Assembly (NCBI GenBank): GCA_964016885.1
Contig: OZ024744.1
Location: 32,736,001-32,800,000 of the forward strand
Source: Eledone cirrhosa
Taxonomy: Eukaryota
DNA length: 64,000 nucleotides
Direction: 5' to 3'
Positions 41,978 through 55,083 of this stretch are shown here, one piece after another. The notes beneath the pieces are model-generated. The model was not told the DNA's origin, did not search any database, and saw only the letters and a program-made list of their open reading frames with translations. A program made the translations under genes and the position numbers. Numbering within the stretch: the first letter of the stretch is position 1; every line of letters begins with the position of its first letter.

Positions 41978-42578
41978 AGGTCACCAGTTGGTGCTACTGG
42001 TAACATGTATCCCAGTACAACCTGACCCATGGTCGGGTCGTTGGCGACTAAACTGGCAACCCCACCAAGGTTTCTTGGTGAGGAGGGTGACTTTGGACAT
42101 CCTGCAGGACTAAAAACAAAACCTGTCAAAGGGCAAAGGAGCTCTTAAGAGTCAATGGCCATCCAAAATCACCGGGAGAGATGACCCCTTAGCCTTTGTC
42201 AAGGCAGAATTCTAGGAGATGGAAAACTCTGATATAACACCTGCAACCCTGATGGTATCCAATGATGTTGACTTGTTCTTCTTTTTGGTAAATATCATCT
42301 TGGTTAAGAGAGTGGGACTGGCTTTGTGCAGTGCCTTTGCTCACTATAAAAGCTTCACGGCACAGGCATTGCTTTATATCTGGAGATCTCTCTGCACTTG
42401 TCGTCACATGGTACCATGGGCCCAGCACTATGTGTCAATATTTGTCACAAGTGTAGTGTTTGTACCAGAGTTTTCAAGTCGCTGGCTGGACTAAAAAGTC
42501 ACTCGTTCAGCGCATCGGTAGGGGTTCTCCTATATGGATATAAAGTAGTGGCCGTACTCGAAAACGAGTTGGCAGCCA

Positions 42579-42580
<2 letters not shown>
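41975..42580 (+). mobile_element. RTE-derived bipartite non-autonomous element (~605 bp)
   Basis: Near-identical to 40397-41004; CSVCTRVFKSLAGLKSH. Confidence 0.75.
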
Positions 42581-42622
<42 letters not shown>

Positions 42623-42796
42623 GATTCGAGTATGTGTTGGTTAGTTACCGATACTTCAGTATGCAGGATAGAGAACTGAATGAGGTGGGCAGTTGGGCAG
42701 GTGGGCCTGTTTACGCCGGAGTAATTATATAAAAACAAGAAGTGTAAGTCAACAGGTTGAATTAACATATTTCGATTATACCCATTATTCAACAGG

Positions 42797-42846
<50 letters not shown>

Positions 42847-43124
42847 GGTATTGTAACGTCAGCTATGGTAGGTTCATCAGAGTCAGCACTCGATCCGTAG
42901 TTTCCAGTAGGTATATTGGTGTATAGAATATAATAATAATAACAATAATGCTTTCTTTATTAATAATAATAATAATATAATATGGACTTGGTGTTAAATG
43001 TTCATTACATGTATTGATGTGTGACGCGCGTTTCGCGATTAATTAGCTCAAGGTTCGATCTGTATCCATATGGTCCGACTCTGGAATCAAATCGGATTTA
43101 TGTTATGATAATGCTATTACCATA

Positions 43125-46100
43125 TTAAGAAATAGCGTTAGAGAAAAATAGAAAGGATGGGGAGCAGGTAGCTAAGTTAGACCAGGCTATATGTAGTGGC
43201 ACTGCAACGGACATGTTAGCGGCGAGAATGGCATTAGACCATTTTTTTAATTCGCAACACGAAGGTTGCATTGTCAGAGCTAAGGCGCGTGCGCTGTGAA
43301 ACGAGGGAACTAAAGCTGTTCGATGGGCCCGCTTGGCGGAGGCGCAGCGTGGTAATAAAACCACAATTCGGTCTTTGGCGGACCGAGACTGACACGAGCT
43401 GATCGATTCCAAGCGGATGTGTGAGGCCTTTCGCCACCACTTTGCTCTGTTGTTCGGGGAAAGTGGTGGGTCAGAGACGGTAGCGGACTTCAGTCCCTAC
43501 CTCGAAGGCATGCTGCGCATATCGACGGCCGACGCTGTGCGCTGCGAAAGGCCGATTACTTCTGCCGAAACTCAGGACACCCTTGCCGGTGGTATGAGGC
43601 GTAAGTCATCCGGTTTAGATGGCCTGTCCTACGAGCTTTACGTAAATATGCCAGACTTGTTCTCCGATCTCCTCGAAGCACTCTACTTCAACTGGCAACA
43701 GAATGGGAGTATGCCCAGTTCTGTGAGCAGGGGAGTGGTGACGCTGATAAGGAAAGACGAGAACAAGAGGGATACATTAGACAACTTCAGGCCCATAACT
43801 CTGCTCAACACAGATTTTAAGATTTTGGCCAAGGTGTTAGCGAAGAGGTTGGTGCTTGTCGTCGAGGTTTTGGTTGGGAAGGCGTAAACCTGCGCAGTCC
43901 CGACCAGATCCATACAAGACAACTTCTACCTCATGCGATGCATCATAGAGAGTGTAGGGTGTAAACCTGGCTTCGGTGGGGCACTGATCAATCGAAAGCA
44001 TCTGATAGAGTCGGCCATCGGTACATGGAGGCAGTCCTCAAAGCAGCTGGCGTTGGCATAGTTTTCATAAGCTGGATCGCTGCAATGCACAGCGGCACCT
44101 GCTCGGTGGTCAAAGTTAATGACAACTTTCGGAACCGTTTCAGGTCTCTCGATCGGTCCGTCAAGGCCCCCCCCCCCCTCTCTTCCCTTCTGTACGTATT
44201 GAGTCCGGAGCCTTTACTGCGGAAGCTGGAGATGTTCCAGGGCAACCCGCTCGAACTGGGACGTGGAGAGGCGGTGTCGGCTTATGCGGTTGACATCACC
44301 GCGATGGTGTCAGACACCTCAGAAATCGAGGGGTTCGGCACCTTATTGAAGGAATATGAAATGTTGACAGGAGCTAAATTAACCCAGAAAAGTAGGTGGG
44401 CTTGCAGCTCGACACCTGGAGAGGTAGCTCCATGCCATCCAACAGCGTCGTGGGTCGCTGGACAGACGGACTCAGGGTTTGTTCGGACCAGATCAGCAGA
44501 TGGAAAAGAATTGGGATGAGGTAACCAGCAGGGTAGCAAGTCTCACCTGGAAATGGGCTGGGAGGAAGCTATCACTGAAGGGTTGCGTGTAGGTGGTGAA
44601 TGTATACATCGCGTACGTCATCTATTACTACCTGACCGTCGTGTCATGCCCCCGTCCGCCCCTCGCCAACTTGGAACGGCTCCTGTACAAATTCTTGTGG
44701 AGGGGACAAGTCCCATTGGTGAGGCAGTCCATCTGCTGCCAGTACCCTCTACTCGGAGGGCTGAGTATGCCGTGGCTAAAGACGTGCAGACATCCGCTGA
44801 AGTTGCGACATCTCCAGATATTCTGCCTAAACGGTGAACAGGTATGGTCGCCGTTTGTCAGACGGGCCTTTCCGCAATTCGTCTCTTTGACTGAGCTGCA
44901 GTTCTGGGTTAAGAAGAAACCAAGACTAAGTGACTGCCATCTTGACTGTTGCTAGGCACTCATTGCCCTCTACCAGGTGGGAAATGCGGTCAGTGGAACT
45001 TCCACACTCGAGTTCTATTGAGAATTAATGGTGGGCAGGTGCGACGACGTCCTCGGAGAGCCTCTGGGCTTCGACGAAGTCGAACTGATATGTCTGTGCC
45101 GGAGGATTTTTGAGCCGGGGACGATGGACAACCCAGAAATCTCTCGCTTGGCAGTGCTACCGGCGTGGACTGCCGGTTCGAGATAAACTCTACAGGCACG
45201 GAAGTGCTGTCAGATGGACCTGCCCGAGATGCGCACAGAGCGACGAAACCGTTCTGCACGCACTTGTCCAATGTCCGTGCATTACTGACTTGTGGAGTTA
45301 TGTCGAACAGCTACTGTCGCGTGTGGAACAGATCCGGCTATCGGCCGAGTCCATAATGAAGATCGACCCGCCGCCTTCTTTTGGCCAGGAAGAGCAGGCA
45401 ATTTTCCTATGTTTAGTGGCCTGTGCGAAAGAGGTTATATGGTGGACCAGATTGAAAGGACTGAAGACGGACACTTTTCTCTTCGGCAGTTCTACCAGAG
45501 GGCACTGCCCGTTCAAGATAAACTCTACAGGCACGGAAGTGCTGTCAGACGGACAGGCCCGAGATGCTCGCATAGCGAACAAACCGTTCTACACGCACTC
45601 GTCCAATGTCCGTGCATTACTGACTTGTGGAGTTATGTCGAACAGCTGTTGTCGCGTGTAGAACGGATCCGGCTATCGGTCGTGTCCAGAGTGAAGATCG
45701 ACCCACCGCCTTCTTTTGGCCAGGAAGGGCAGGCAATTTTCTTCTGCCCGGTGGCAGTAGACAAAGAGGTTGTATGATGGGCCAGGCTGAAACGACTTCG
45801 GCCAATCCCTCATCAACTTCTTCAAGTTTCACCTGGAAAGGAAGGTGAGGGTGGGGAGAGAAGTGCTGCCCCCCAGTACATTTGCTGAAAGGTGGGTGAA
45901 TGTGGCGAGAATGGCCCGTGTGAGTGGGCCTACTCTGATCATGCTAATTTGAGGAGTAGTGGGGTGCCATCCCCGGGTGCCCTAGAAGCACCGGGTGGTT
46001 CAGGATTGGTGGTGTACCTGAGTCACCCCAGGGTCGTCCACCCCCCTATAAGGGTATTTATTTTGTTATATGTATGCATAGTTTATTTTATATTTTTATA

Positions 46101-46225
46101 TCTTCATTGTTAAATTAGTCTTGCCATTGTGCACTTTTACTCGACCTTATTGTAAACCCCCACTGTGCCAGTTTTTGTATTGTCCCCTACATCTCGGCCC
46201 TTGTGGCCAATAAATGATATCATTA
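43125..46225 (+). mobile_element. Degenerate Tx1 LINE (ATT-associated lineage), ORF2 linker to 3' end
   Basis: NFRPITLLNTDFKILAK, AYAVD (decayed YADD), CPRC..ET..H..C. Ends GGCCCTTGTGGCC-AATAAATGATATCATT. Confidence 0.9.
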
Positions 46226-46526
46226 GTGAGTCGGACACCAAGCTTTGCAGCATAGAGTCACGGCCCTTTATGATCTGAGTTCAAATGCCGCCGAGGTTAA
46301 CTTTGCCTTTCATCCTTACGGGGTCGATAAAATAAAGTACCAATTACGCACTGGGGTCGATTTAATCGACCCCCCCCCCCCCCCCAATTGCTGGCCTTGT
46401 GACTATATGAGAAACCATTATTATTATTAACTTTGCCTATCTTCCTTACGAGGTCGATAAAATAAAGTACCAGTAATACACTGGGTGATTGCTGGCCTTG
46501 TGCCAAAAGTAGAAACAATTATTATT
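46226..46526 (+). mobile_element. Truncated tRNA-derived SINE copies (tandem)
   Basis: Two partial homologs of 46527-46715, each ending in ATT repeats. Confidence 0.8.
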
Positions 46527-46715
46527 GGTGGATTGGCAGTATCGGTGGAGGGTCGGACACCTTGCTTTCCAGCATAGTTACGTCCCTTTACGATCTGAGT
46601 TCAAATTCCGCCGAGGTTGACTTTGCCTTTCATCCTTACGGGGTCGATAAAATAAAGTACCAGTAATGCACTGGGTATTTGCTGGCCTTGTGCCTAAAGT
46701 AGAAACAATTATTAT
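46527..46715 (+). mobile_element. tRNA-derived SINE
   Basis: A-box-like TGGCAGTATCGG, B-box GAGTTCAAATTCC, core CTTTGCCTTTCATCC..GGGGTCGATAAAAT (resembles the Meta/MESC SINE domain, from recall), ATT tail. Confidence 0.88.
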
Positions 46716-46761
46716 GATAATATGGACGAGGTGTTATATATATATATATATATATATTATA

Positions 46762-47447
46762 ATTGGAGCTCTGAAATAGCCATATATATATGAATGTATA
46801 TATAATGTATTTTGCAATACACTTTATGCTTAATTAAAAGCATTTTGAAGACCGTATGCTATTGTTTTAGAGTAGTGACAAACTCACTTACTTTAATCTC
46901 AGCAAACAGGGGGAGATAAGCCGACAAGGCCTTGTTTCTGCATTTTTTATGCTTATCAAGGCCAACTACACCACCTGTCTACTGAGATTACTGATGTTAT
47001 ATTCTTATAGAATTCTAGTAAATAATCAGGAACTGATTATACAGAGCGGTTGCCGGTCAGGCAGAAATTAAAAATTAGAAATTAGAAATTAAGCGTAAAG
47101 TGTATTGCAAAATACATTATATATACATTCATATATATATGGCTATTTCAGAGCTCCAATTCTAATTTAGAATTTCTGCCTGACCAGCAATCGCTCTGTA
47201 TAATCAGTTCCTGATTATTTACTAGAATTCTATAAGAATATAACATCAGTGATCTCAGTAGACAGGAGGGAGTAGTTAGCCTTGATAAGCATAAAAAAAT
47301 GCAGAAACAAGGCCTTGTCGGCTTTATCTCCCCCTGTTTGCTGAGATTAAAGTAAGTGAGTCTGTCACTACTCTAAAACAATAGCATACGGTCTTCAAAA
47401 TGCTTTTAATTAAGCATAAAGTGTAATGCAAAATACATTATATATAC

Positions 47448-47455
<8 letters not shown>
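46762..47455. repeat. Permuted fold-back (~330-bp unit) between (TA)n tracts
   Basis: A-B followed by rc(A)-rc(B)-partial rc(A). Confidence 0.88.
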
Positions 47456-47507
<52 letters not shown>

Positions 47508-47552
47508 TAAAAATAAATAAGTCAAATATTTAAAATTTGGCTTCGTTTATTA

Positions 47553-47605
47553 CTGCTATATATATTTCGGTGACAGCCATCTTTGGCTGTGACCTCTTCA
47601 GGCAG
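47553..47605 (-). ncRNA. Type I hammerhead ribozyme (CUGAAGA core)
   Basis: Minus: CTGC-CTGAAGA-GGTCACAGCCA-AAGA-TGGCTGTCACC-GAAA-TATATATA-GCAG-T-AATAAA. Confidence 0.85.
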
Positions 47606-48304
47606 TCCGAATTAGTGAGTTAGAGACGAGTACACATGTTGTTGAGGTGTATAACTTTGTCAATACTCTGATATGCCCAGTTCCTGGTTGGGCTGTTGTT
47701 TATATGAGGAACTGGAGTCATATGAATTTAAACAAACGAATTTCAGCGCCAAACGACATCCTCTCCTCCCATTGGTCAGTTGTGAGAACATTCCTCAGTC
47801 AAAAGTCTATAGAAATTCGTTCTAAGGCGAGGCAATCTGTAGTGGTTGTTTTTGTTATTGTTAAGTACATCTGACCTCTACCCTCATGTTGGTAGTGGTG
47901 TTGGTGCTGAGGTCAGATTTAAGTCCTGCTGCTGTTGATTTCAGAAAGACCTGTGTGTGTGTGTGTGTTGGCATCTATCCTGCCTCAATTTCTCGTGGGG
48001 GGGGGGGGGGGGCAAGCATATGAAGAAATAAAAGACAATAAGATGAAGAAAATAAAAAATAAATAATAAATAATAAATAATAAAAAATTAATAGAATGAA
48101 ATAAAAAGGTAAAAGACTAAAAAATACGAATAAAATAAAGAAAAATAGAGTAAAATAAAATAAAATAAAATAAGATAGAATAAAATATAATAATATAAGA
48201 TAATTGTTTCTACTTTTGGCACAAGGCCAGCAATTATACCAGGTATTACTGGTACTTTATTTTATCGACCCCATAAGGATGAAAGGCAAAGTAAAATAAT
48301 ATAA

Positions 48305-48492
48305 GTTAATTGTTTCTACTTTAGGCACAAGGCCAGCAATTACCCAGTGCATTACTGGTACTTTATTTTATCGACCCCGTAAGGATGAAAGGCAAAGTCA
48401 ACCTCGGCGGGATTTGAACTCAGATCGTAAAGGGACGTAACTATGCTGGAAAGCATGGCGTCCGACCCTCTACCGATACTGCCAATCCACCG
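48305..48492 (-). mobile_element. tRNA-derived SINE inside PLE 3' region
   Basis: Reverse-complement homolog of 46527-46715. Partial copies at 48200-48292, 49098-49143 and 53457-53512. Confidence 0.88.
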
Positions 48493-50054
48493 AAGATAAT
48501 ATAACCAAATAAGTAGACAAAAAATGATAAAATGGTAGAAGGAATAAGATGATAAAAGAATAAAATAAGATAATCCAATAAAATGTTATAACAAATCTCA
48601 GTTAGAAAGATTTGGAAGATCCTCTCCTCCCATTGGTCAGTTGTGAGAACATTCCTCAGTCAAAAGTCTATAGAAATTATTTCTGAGCTGAGGCGATCTG
48701 TAGCGTTTGTTTTTGCTATTGTTAAGTACACCTGACCTCTACCCTTATGTTGGTATTGGTGTTGGTGCTGCGGTCAGCTTAAGTCTTACTGCTACTGATT
48801 TTAGAAGGGTCTGTGTGTGTTGGCATCCTCCCTGCCACTATTTCTTGTGGTGGTGGTGGTCGGGGTGGGGTGGTTGTGCCAAGCATATGTAGGAATAAAA
48901 GGCAATAAAATGAAGAAAAAAAAATAAATTTAAAAAAAAAAAAATAAATAAATAAATAAAAAAAATGAAGAGAACAATAGAATGAAAGGAAAAGGTAAAA
49001 GAGTAAAAAATAAGAATAAAATAAAGAAATAAAAAAGTAAAGTAGAGTAAAATGAAATAAAATAATATAAAATAATATAAAATAAAATAAAATAATATAA
49101 TTGTTTCTACTTTAGGCACAAGGCCAGCAATTACCCAGTGCATAAAATAATATAATATAAGCAAATAAGTAAACCAAGAAATGATAAAATGGTAGAAGGA
49201 ATAAGATGGTAAAAGAATAAAATAAGATAATCTAATAAAATGTGTGTGTATTATAACCAATCTCAAAGTTAGAAGATTTGGAAGATGTTGGCCAAATTAG
49301 AAAGGCTGTGTCAGAATCAATCTCTAGACTATCATGGTGTGCTGTGTATTAAGAGCAGGTGAGACAAGGGTGGAGTGTAATAGCCCATAACCCGGGTGTC
49401 GAAATCCGGAAATGGGGAGGACTACAGTTCCCATTTTGGCATGGAGTACATATTTGTGTATGTCAACTCGCATCGTTCCAAGCACACACGCACAGGCACA
49501 TGTCCAGTTGCATCCCCTATGCACACACCCACACACACACTTACACCCCCACCCCCACACACATACACACCCCCACACATACCCCCTCCACACACTCTAA
49601 ACCCACACACCTACACACGCATAAGTACCCACCCACGTACACATGCATACACCCACCCACAAGCCCACGCGCACCAACCCACCCGCACACACACATGTAA
49701 GTATCTGTGCATGTACAATCTTAAATAACAGTATCCATGTATGGACATATGCATAGGTATGTGTTGTCACAGGGGTCGATCGGGGCAGTGATATGGTGGG
49801 AATGCTGTCCTTGAAGCTAGAGGGAAGTTCCCATCCCAATGTTTTCATCTTATCCCTATAGCTTGAGGAAGGTCCCGGCCCTGAGGTGTCTGCTCGTCCC
49901 GGATGGGTCCCTATGGCTTAAGGGGAGTTCCAACCTATTGTGTTGTTACTGTCCATATAGCTTGAGGGAGGTCTGGCCCAACGGTGTCAACATGTTCTGG
50001 AGAAGTCCCTATAGTTTGAGGGGAGTTCACATCCCAGTGTGTTGTTACTGTCCA

Positions 50055-52990
50055 TATAGCTTGAGGAAGGTACCGGCCTTAAGGTGTCTACATGTTCCGA
50101 AGAAGTCGGTTCTGAGGTTTATCACGCGGCTTTCACCTCTTAGTATCTCAAGGGTCTCACTCAGACATAGTTTGCAGATGCCAGATCCACCTTTATCAGG
50201 TGGTACTTTCCTGATTATGGACCAGGCTAGAGAGTACGGAGTCCTGTCCAGCTTAAGCTTCTAGATCAGGCCGGAAAGAGCCGTACTTATCCTTTTGACC
50301 TCCTTGTTGAAGGAATGGCGATGGTTATACCAACGGTCTTTAAAGCTCGTTGATGTGGCTCCTATGTAAAGGTGTTCAGAGTTGGGGTTTTTTACTCTAT
50401 ATCCGTATATTAGGTTCTTCCTAAGGCATTCATTACTAAGGGGCCATAATTCGGGGTTTCTGCAGTTGCAGAAGGTGGTCGACCTCTGTGTGCCTAGTGT
50501 GGGATTCCCGTTACGTGTTACATTGTGGTCCTCCCCTGGGCCCGGTGGAAGTTCTCTGGGTCTGTTTGTTTTTTTGGGGTGGGCACTGGGTCCACCCTTC
50601 TCTCCTTCCACATGGTTCTGCTGGGTGCTTATATTGCCAGCTTCTGGTTGTGTGTGATTTTTAAGCCTACTCCGGTTGATGCCAGCTATGTGTTGGGCCA
50701 GATAAGGCATTCATTACTAAGGGGCCATAATTCGGGGTTTCTGCAGTTGCAGAAGGTGGTCGACCTCTGTGTGCCTAGTGTGGGATTCCCGTTACGTGTT
50801 ACATTGTGGTCCTCCCCTGGGCCCGGTGGAAGTTCTCTGGGTCTGTTTGTTTTTCTTGGGTGGGCACTGGGTCCACCCTTCTCTCCTTCCACATGGTTCT
50901 GCTGGGTGCTTATATTGCCAGCTTCTGGTTGTGTGTGATTTTTAAGCCTACTCCGGTTGATGCCAGCTATGTGTTGGGCCAGATTGCGCATGGTGGAATA
51001 CGAGAGCTTCACAGTGTGTCTGTTGAAGATCTTGTGGTATCTATGGTTCCTCGGGAAGCATTTATCAAGTGTTCCAAAGAATGATCGGGCCAAGATGTTC
51101 TTTAGGGCCGCTGAGTAGGGTGGGTTTTACCACGTGATTTTTCTGCGTCTACTCCTATGTGGGTGCGTTGAGGGCGCCGTGGGCTGTTGGGGCATTATTG
51201 GGTTGCTAGTGGTTCCCGCATTGTTGATTCCCCTTTGGGCGCTATGTGTATTGCTATCTTCTCGGCCCGAATCTGTGGGGTGGTTGTTGCCCGCGCCGGG
51301 AGATCCACGATGCGATGGTCCCCTCCCCCACGTCTCTTGCGGTTGGGGTCGTCGGGCTCGGGGTGGTTAGTATCATCCCTGAGAACGCTACTCGTATTGG
51401 GTTTCATCTCATGGTTACGTGTACTCGTCACCATTGCCCATCTGGTGGTGTCAGGTTCATGGTGCTTAGTTGTTTCCATTCTGCCTGTATTGTTATGGTT
51501 AGTTCCCTCCCCGACAACGCGCGTGGGGGTGTCCGTTGGGCCATCCCCATCCCGACACCTCGGGCTATATGTTATATTTTGGCCATGTGCCACCTTATTT
51601 AGAGCTGCGTTGTAATATCCCGCGTTGCTATCGAAGATTTCCTTATTTGCGGACAGTCTGGAGATCCTGTCCGAGACACTCTTCACCACGGCCTTGGTTA
51701 TGGATCTAGGGTGGTTTGACTTTGCGTTAACATACACAAGTTTCTCGTTGAGCTTGTGGTAGTGGTGGTATTGCTCGGTGTTCAGGTTCAGGGTGGTGTC
51801 TAGGAAGTTAACTACCTTTCTATTTGAGTCTAGTTCGATTCTGAGCCCCTGGTTCTTAAAGAAATGGCGAATACGCCTCTCCATTCTCTCCACCATAGTG
51901 GTGCTGTGGTCATAGACTGTGAAGAGAGCATCGTCACGATATAATCCGCTGCCCAGGCAGGGGATTTCATCTTTTATCTACTTCAGCAGGAAGAGCCCAA
52001 CCAGGTCCGTTACCTGTGCTGTGTCGCTGGAGCCCATCGTGATGTCAAAGTTATTTGGCCAATCACTCCTGGTCCAAAGGTCTCCATCAAAACGGATTAA
52101 GGTCTTTCGTGCGGCGTGGATGATGCTCACCTCCTCTCGGGTTAGGTCCTTATTGGACATCGCTAAAATAGGGCCTTATTGAGTACTATGGGTGAGATTG
52201 AGGAGTAGTAGCCTGCGATATCCAGTTGCATAAAGCTGGTCCTGCTTTTCCCAGGTAGTATCTTAAAGCATTCTATTACCTCTCCCGTGCATGACCATTG
52301 CTGTAATCTAGTTTTTTTTCCGAAGCTTGGGCAAAACCCTATCTAGTATGCTTTCACTGACGATCCCCAGGTCTGATCTGGAGGGGGGTATTAGTCTAAC
52401 AGGGAAGTCGGTCTCATAGTTTGGCTTGTGATCTTTAAGGGTAATCCGCGGCTCCCTTGGTTGGCATGGGGCCGTCTGGTCCTCTATGCCGAGTCCGGAT
52501 ATAATCCTGTGAGCTGTGTCGTTGATCTCATCCAGGGTAAATCCAGGTGTTTTTTCTAGCACATCCTGAGTTCCCTGAGAATTAGCTTATTATACAGTTC
52601 AATATCCATGTTGTAGAGGTTGTTGGTTTTGTCAGCATGGACAAGTATTCCAGTTGTATCTTTAAGCATTGTAATCCGGTTTCCCAGGATTCTGAGGTAC
52701 TCCTGACTTCTGGGTGGGTTTCCGGAGAATTTGAGGTTGGCGATAATGTTAACCATTATGTTTTCAAACTCCTCCATTAGTCTGTTGTGGGGAGTGTTCC
52801 TCCTTGATCTAAAAAGGTACTCCATGTTTTGTGTGTTGGTAATTTTAGGCGTTCTTCTTTAAAAGTGGAACGCCTTCCATCTCATCCTACGGACGAGATA
52901 GTCCGTACTCCTGATGAGATCACTGGTGTATTCTCGTTTGCCAGGTAGGGGGATATCCTTCAGTGACGCCAAGATTGCCAGTTTTTCCAT
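50055..52990 (-). pseudogene. PLE RT-GIY-YIG polyprotein, disrupted (resembles the C-terminal-EN Hydra clade)
   Basis: MEKLAILASLKDIPLP...RRMRWKA; PRITLKDHK; VRLIPP; FMQLDIAGYYSSI; FDITMGS; GLYRDD (~51930-51947); VNFLDT; CNCRNPELWPLSNEC; LIY...YIGATSTSFKDRWYNH. Confidence 0.9.
50422..50983. repeat. 281-bp tandem duplication inside the PLE ORF
   Basis: TAAGGCATTCATTACT... at 50422 and 50703; copies nearly identical. Confidence 0.93.
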
Positions 52991-54106
52991 AGAGACTTAA
53001 GTCCGCTACTGTTTGAAGCGCTCAACACGTGGATGAACTAGATACATTTTTATAGACTTTTGACTGAGGAATGCTCTCACAACTGACCAATGGGAGGAGA
53101 GGATCTTCCAAATCTTTCTAACTTTGAGATTGGTTATAACACACACACATTTTATTTTTATTTTTTATTTTCTTCATTTTATTGCCTTTTATTCCTTCAT
53201 ATGCTTGGTACCCCCCCCCCCCCCCACACCACCAAAACACGAAATAGTGGCAGGATGGATGCCAACACACACAGACCCTTCTAAAATCAGTAGCAGTAAG
53301 ACTTAAGCTGACCGCAGCACCAACACCAATGCCAACATAAGGGTAGAGGTCAGGTGTACTTAACAATAGCAAAAACAAACACTACAGATCGCCTCACCTC
53401 AGAAAGAATTTCTATAGACTTTTGACTGAGGAATGCTCTCACAACTGACCAATGGGAGTACCAGTAATGCACTGGGTAATTGCTGGCCTTGTGCCTAAAG
53501 TAGAAACAATTATCTTATATTATTTTATTTTATTCTATCTTATTTTATTTTATTTTATTTTATTTTACTCTATTTTTCTTTATTTTATTCGTATTTTTTA
53601 GTCTTTTACCTTTTTATTTCATTCTATTAATTTTTTATTATTTATTATTTATTTTTTATTTTTTATTTTCTTCATCTTATTGTCTTTTATTTCTTCATAT
53701 GCTTGCCCCCCCCCCCCACCACTAGAAATTGAGGCAGGATAGATGCCAACACACACACACGCAGGTCCTTCTAAAATCAACAGCAGCAGGACTTAAATCT
53801 GACCTCAGCACCAACACCACTACCAACATGAGGGTAGAGGTCAGATGTACTTAACAACAAAAACAACCACTACAGATTGCATCGCCTCAGAAAGAATTCC
53901 TATAGACTTTTGACTGAGGAATGTTCTCACAACTGACCAATGGGAGGAGAGGATGTCCTTTGGCGCTGAAATTCGTTTGTTTAAATTCATATGGTTCCAG
54001 TTCCTCATAGAAACAACAACCCAACCAGGAACTGGGCATATCAGAGTATTGACAAAGTTATACACCTCAACAACATGTGTACTCGTCTCTACCACACTAA
54101 TTCGGA

Positions 54107-54159
54107 CTACCTGAAGAGGTCACAGCCAAAGATGGATGTCACCGAAATATATATAGCAG
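54107..54159 (+). ncRNA. Type I hammerhead ribozyme, inverted-arm copy
   Basis: CTAC-CTGAAGA-GGTCACAGCCA-AAGA-TGGATGTCACC-GAAA-TATATATA-GCAG, with two mismatches relative to 47553. Confidence 0.78.
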
Positions 54160-54307
54160 TAATAAACGAAGCCAAATTTTAAATATTTGACTTATTTATT
54201 TTAATTTATTTTACAAATCTCCGGAGTAACCAAACGAACCTGCGCACATCGTCGAGTGCTCCAATCTGCATACTGAGGTGTCGGTAAACAACCAAGATAT
54301 ATTCAAC

Positions 54308-54349
<42 letters not shown>

Positions 54350-54959
54350 GAATATATGATAGGGATAAACACTGATACAAGTATACACGTGTTCGCATTG
54401 CAAATGACCAAGTTAGCTAGATTGAAAAATACTAATTAAAATAATACGGTTTGCCTGTCTCGATTTAAAATAATAAATCAATAAAAACAAACCTATATTG
54501 GCAATAGCCGTGATACCTGGACACATTTTAAATTTTATTTTTAAATTTGTTTCGCAACAATTAAGTGAAAGTTCCTATTCCTGTGCTCTTCTGCAGGTAT
54601 CCAGAAATTGGTAAGTTTCACTTCAAAATACTTAAGAAGACTGAGAGAAATGTGTTGTTGAACGCACATATGTCACAGCACCTAGCTCGTCCCATACTCG
54701 TGGCGCTAAAAATAGCAGCCGGTTTTATGGGACTAAAATTATCTCTACGTATATTTATATATAGCTCTCGAGACACGGTGGGGATCTTTCTAGGTGAAGA
54801 TCCTAAAAAGTTCCTCTCGGAGTCTCGGGTAAGGCTGTTTAGGGAAGACCAGCAGTCACCCATGTATACCAGCCTCCTCTCTCCACGCCACCGATGTTGT
54901 CCAAAGCAAAGGCAACGTTTGATACGGCTTGGTAACTGTGACGCCGCAACTCAATTCTG

Positions 54960-55083
54960 CAACTGTGTAAACTGGACCGACGTGAAATAAAGTGCCTTGC
55001 TTAAGGACACAACGCATCACCTAGTTCGAGAATCTAACTCACAACCTCCTGATTGCAAGCCCAATGCGCTAACCACTAAGCCA
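54960..55083 (-). mobile_element. Second tRNA-derived SINE family (head and core)
   Basis: Minus: TGGCTTAGTGGTTAG (A box)...GAGTTAGATTCTC (B-like)...GTGTCCTTAAGCAAGGCACTT. Confidence 0.65.

Larger units (their letters stand above)
47503..54311 (-). mobile_element. Near full-length Penelope-like element with inverted 5' pseudo-LTR
   Basis: ORF ~52990 to ~50055 on minus. 3' region to 47503 contains a hammerhead. 53050-54205 is a rearranged inverted copy of the 3' region. (TA)n on both sides. Confidence 0.92.

Noticed and set aside
46527-46612. tRNA gene
   Set aside because: A/B boxes are present but there is no cloverleaf, and the sequence continues into a SINE core in multiple copies.
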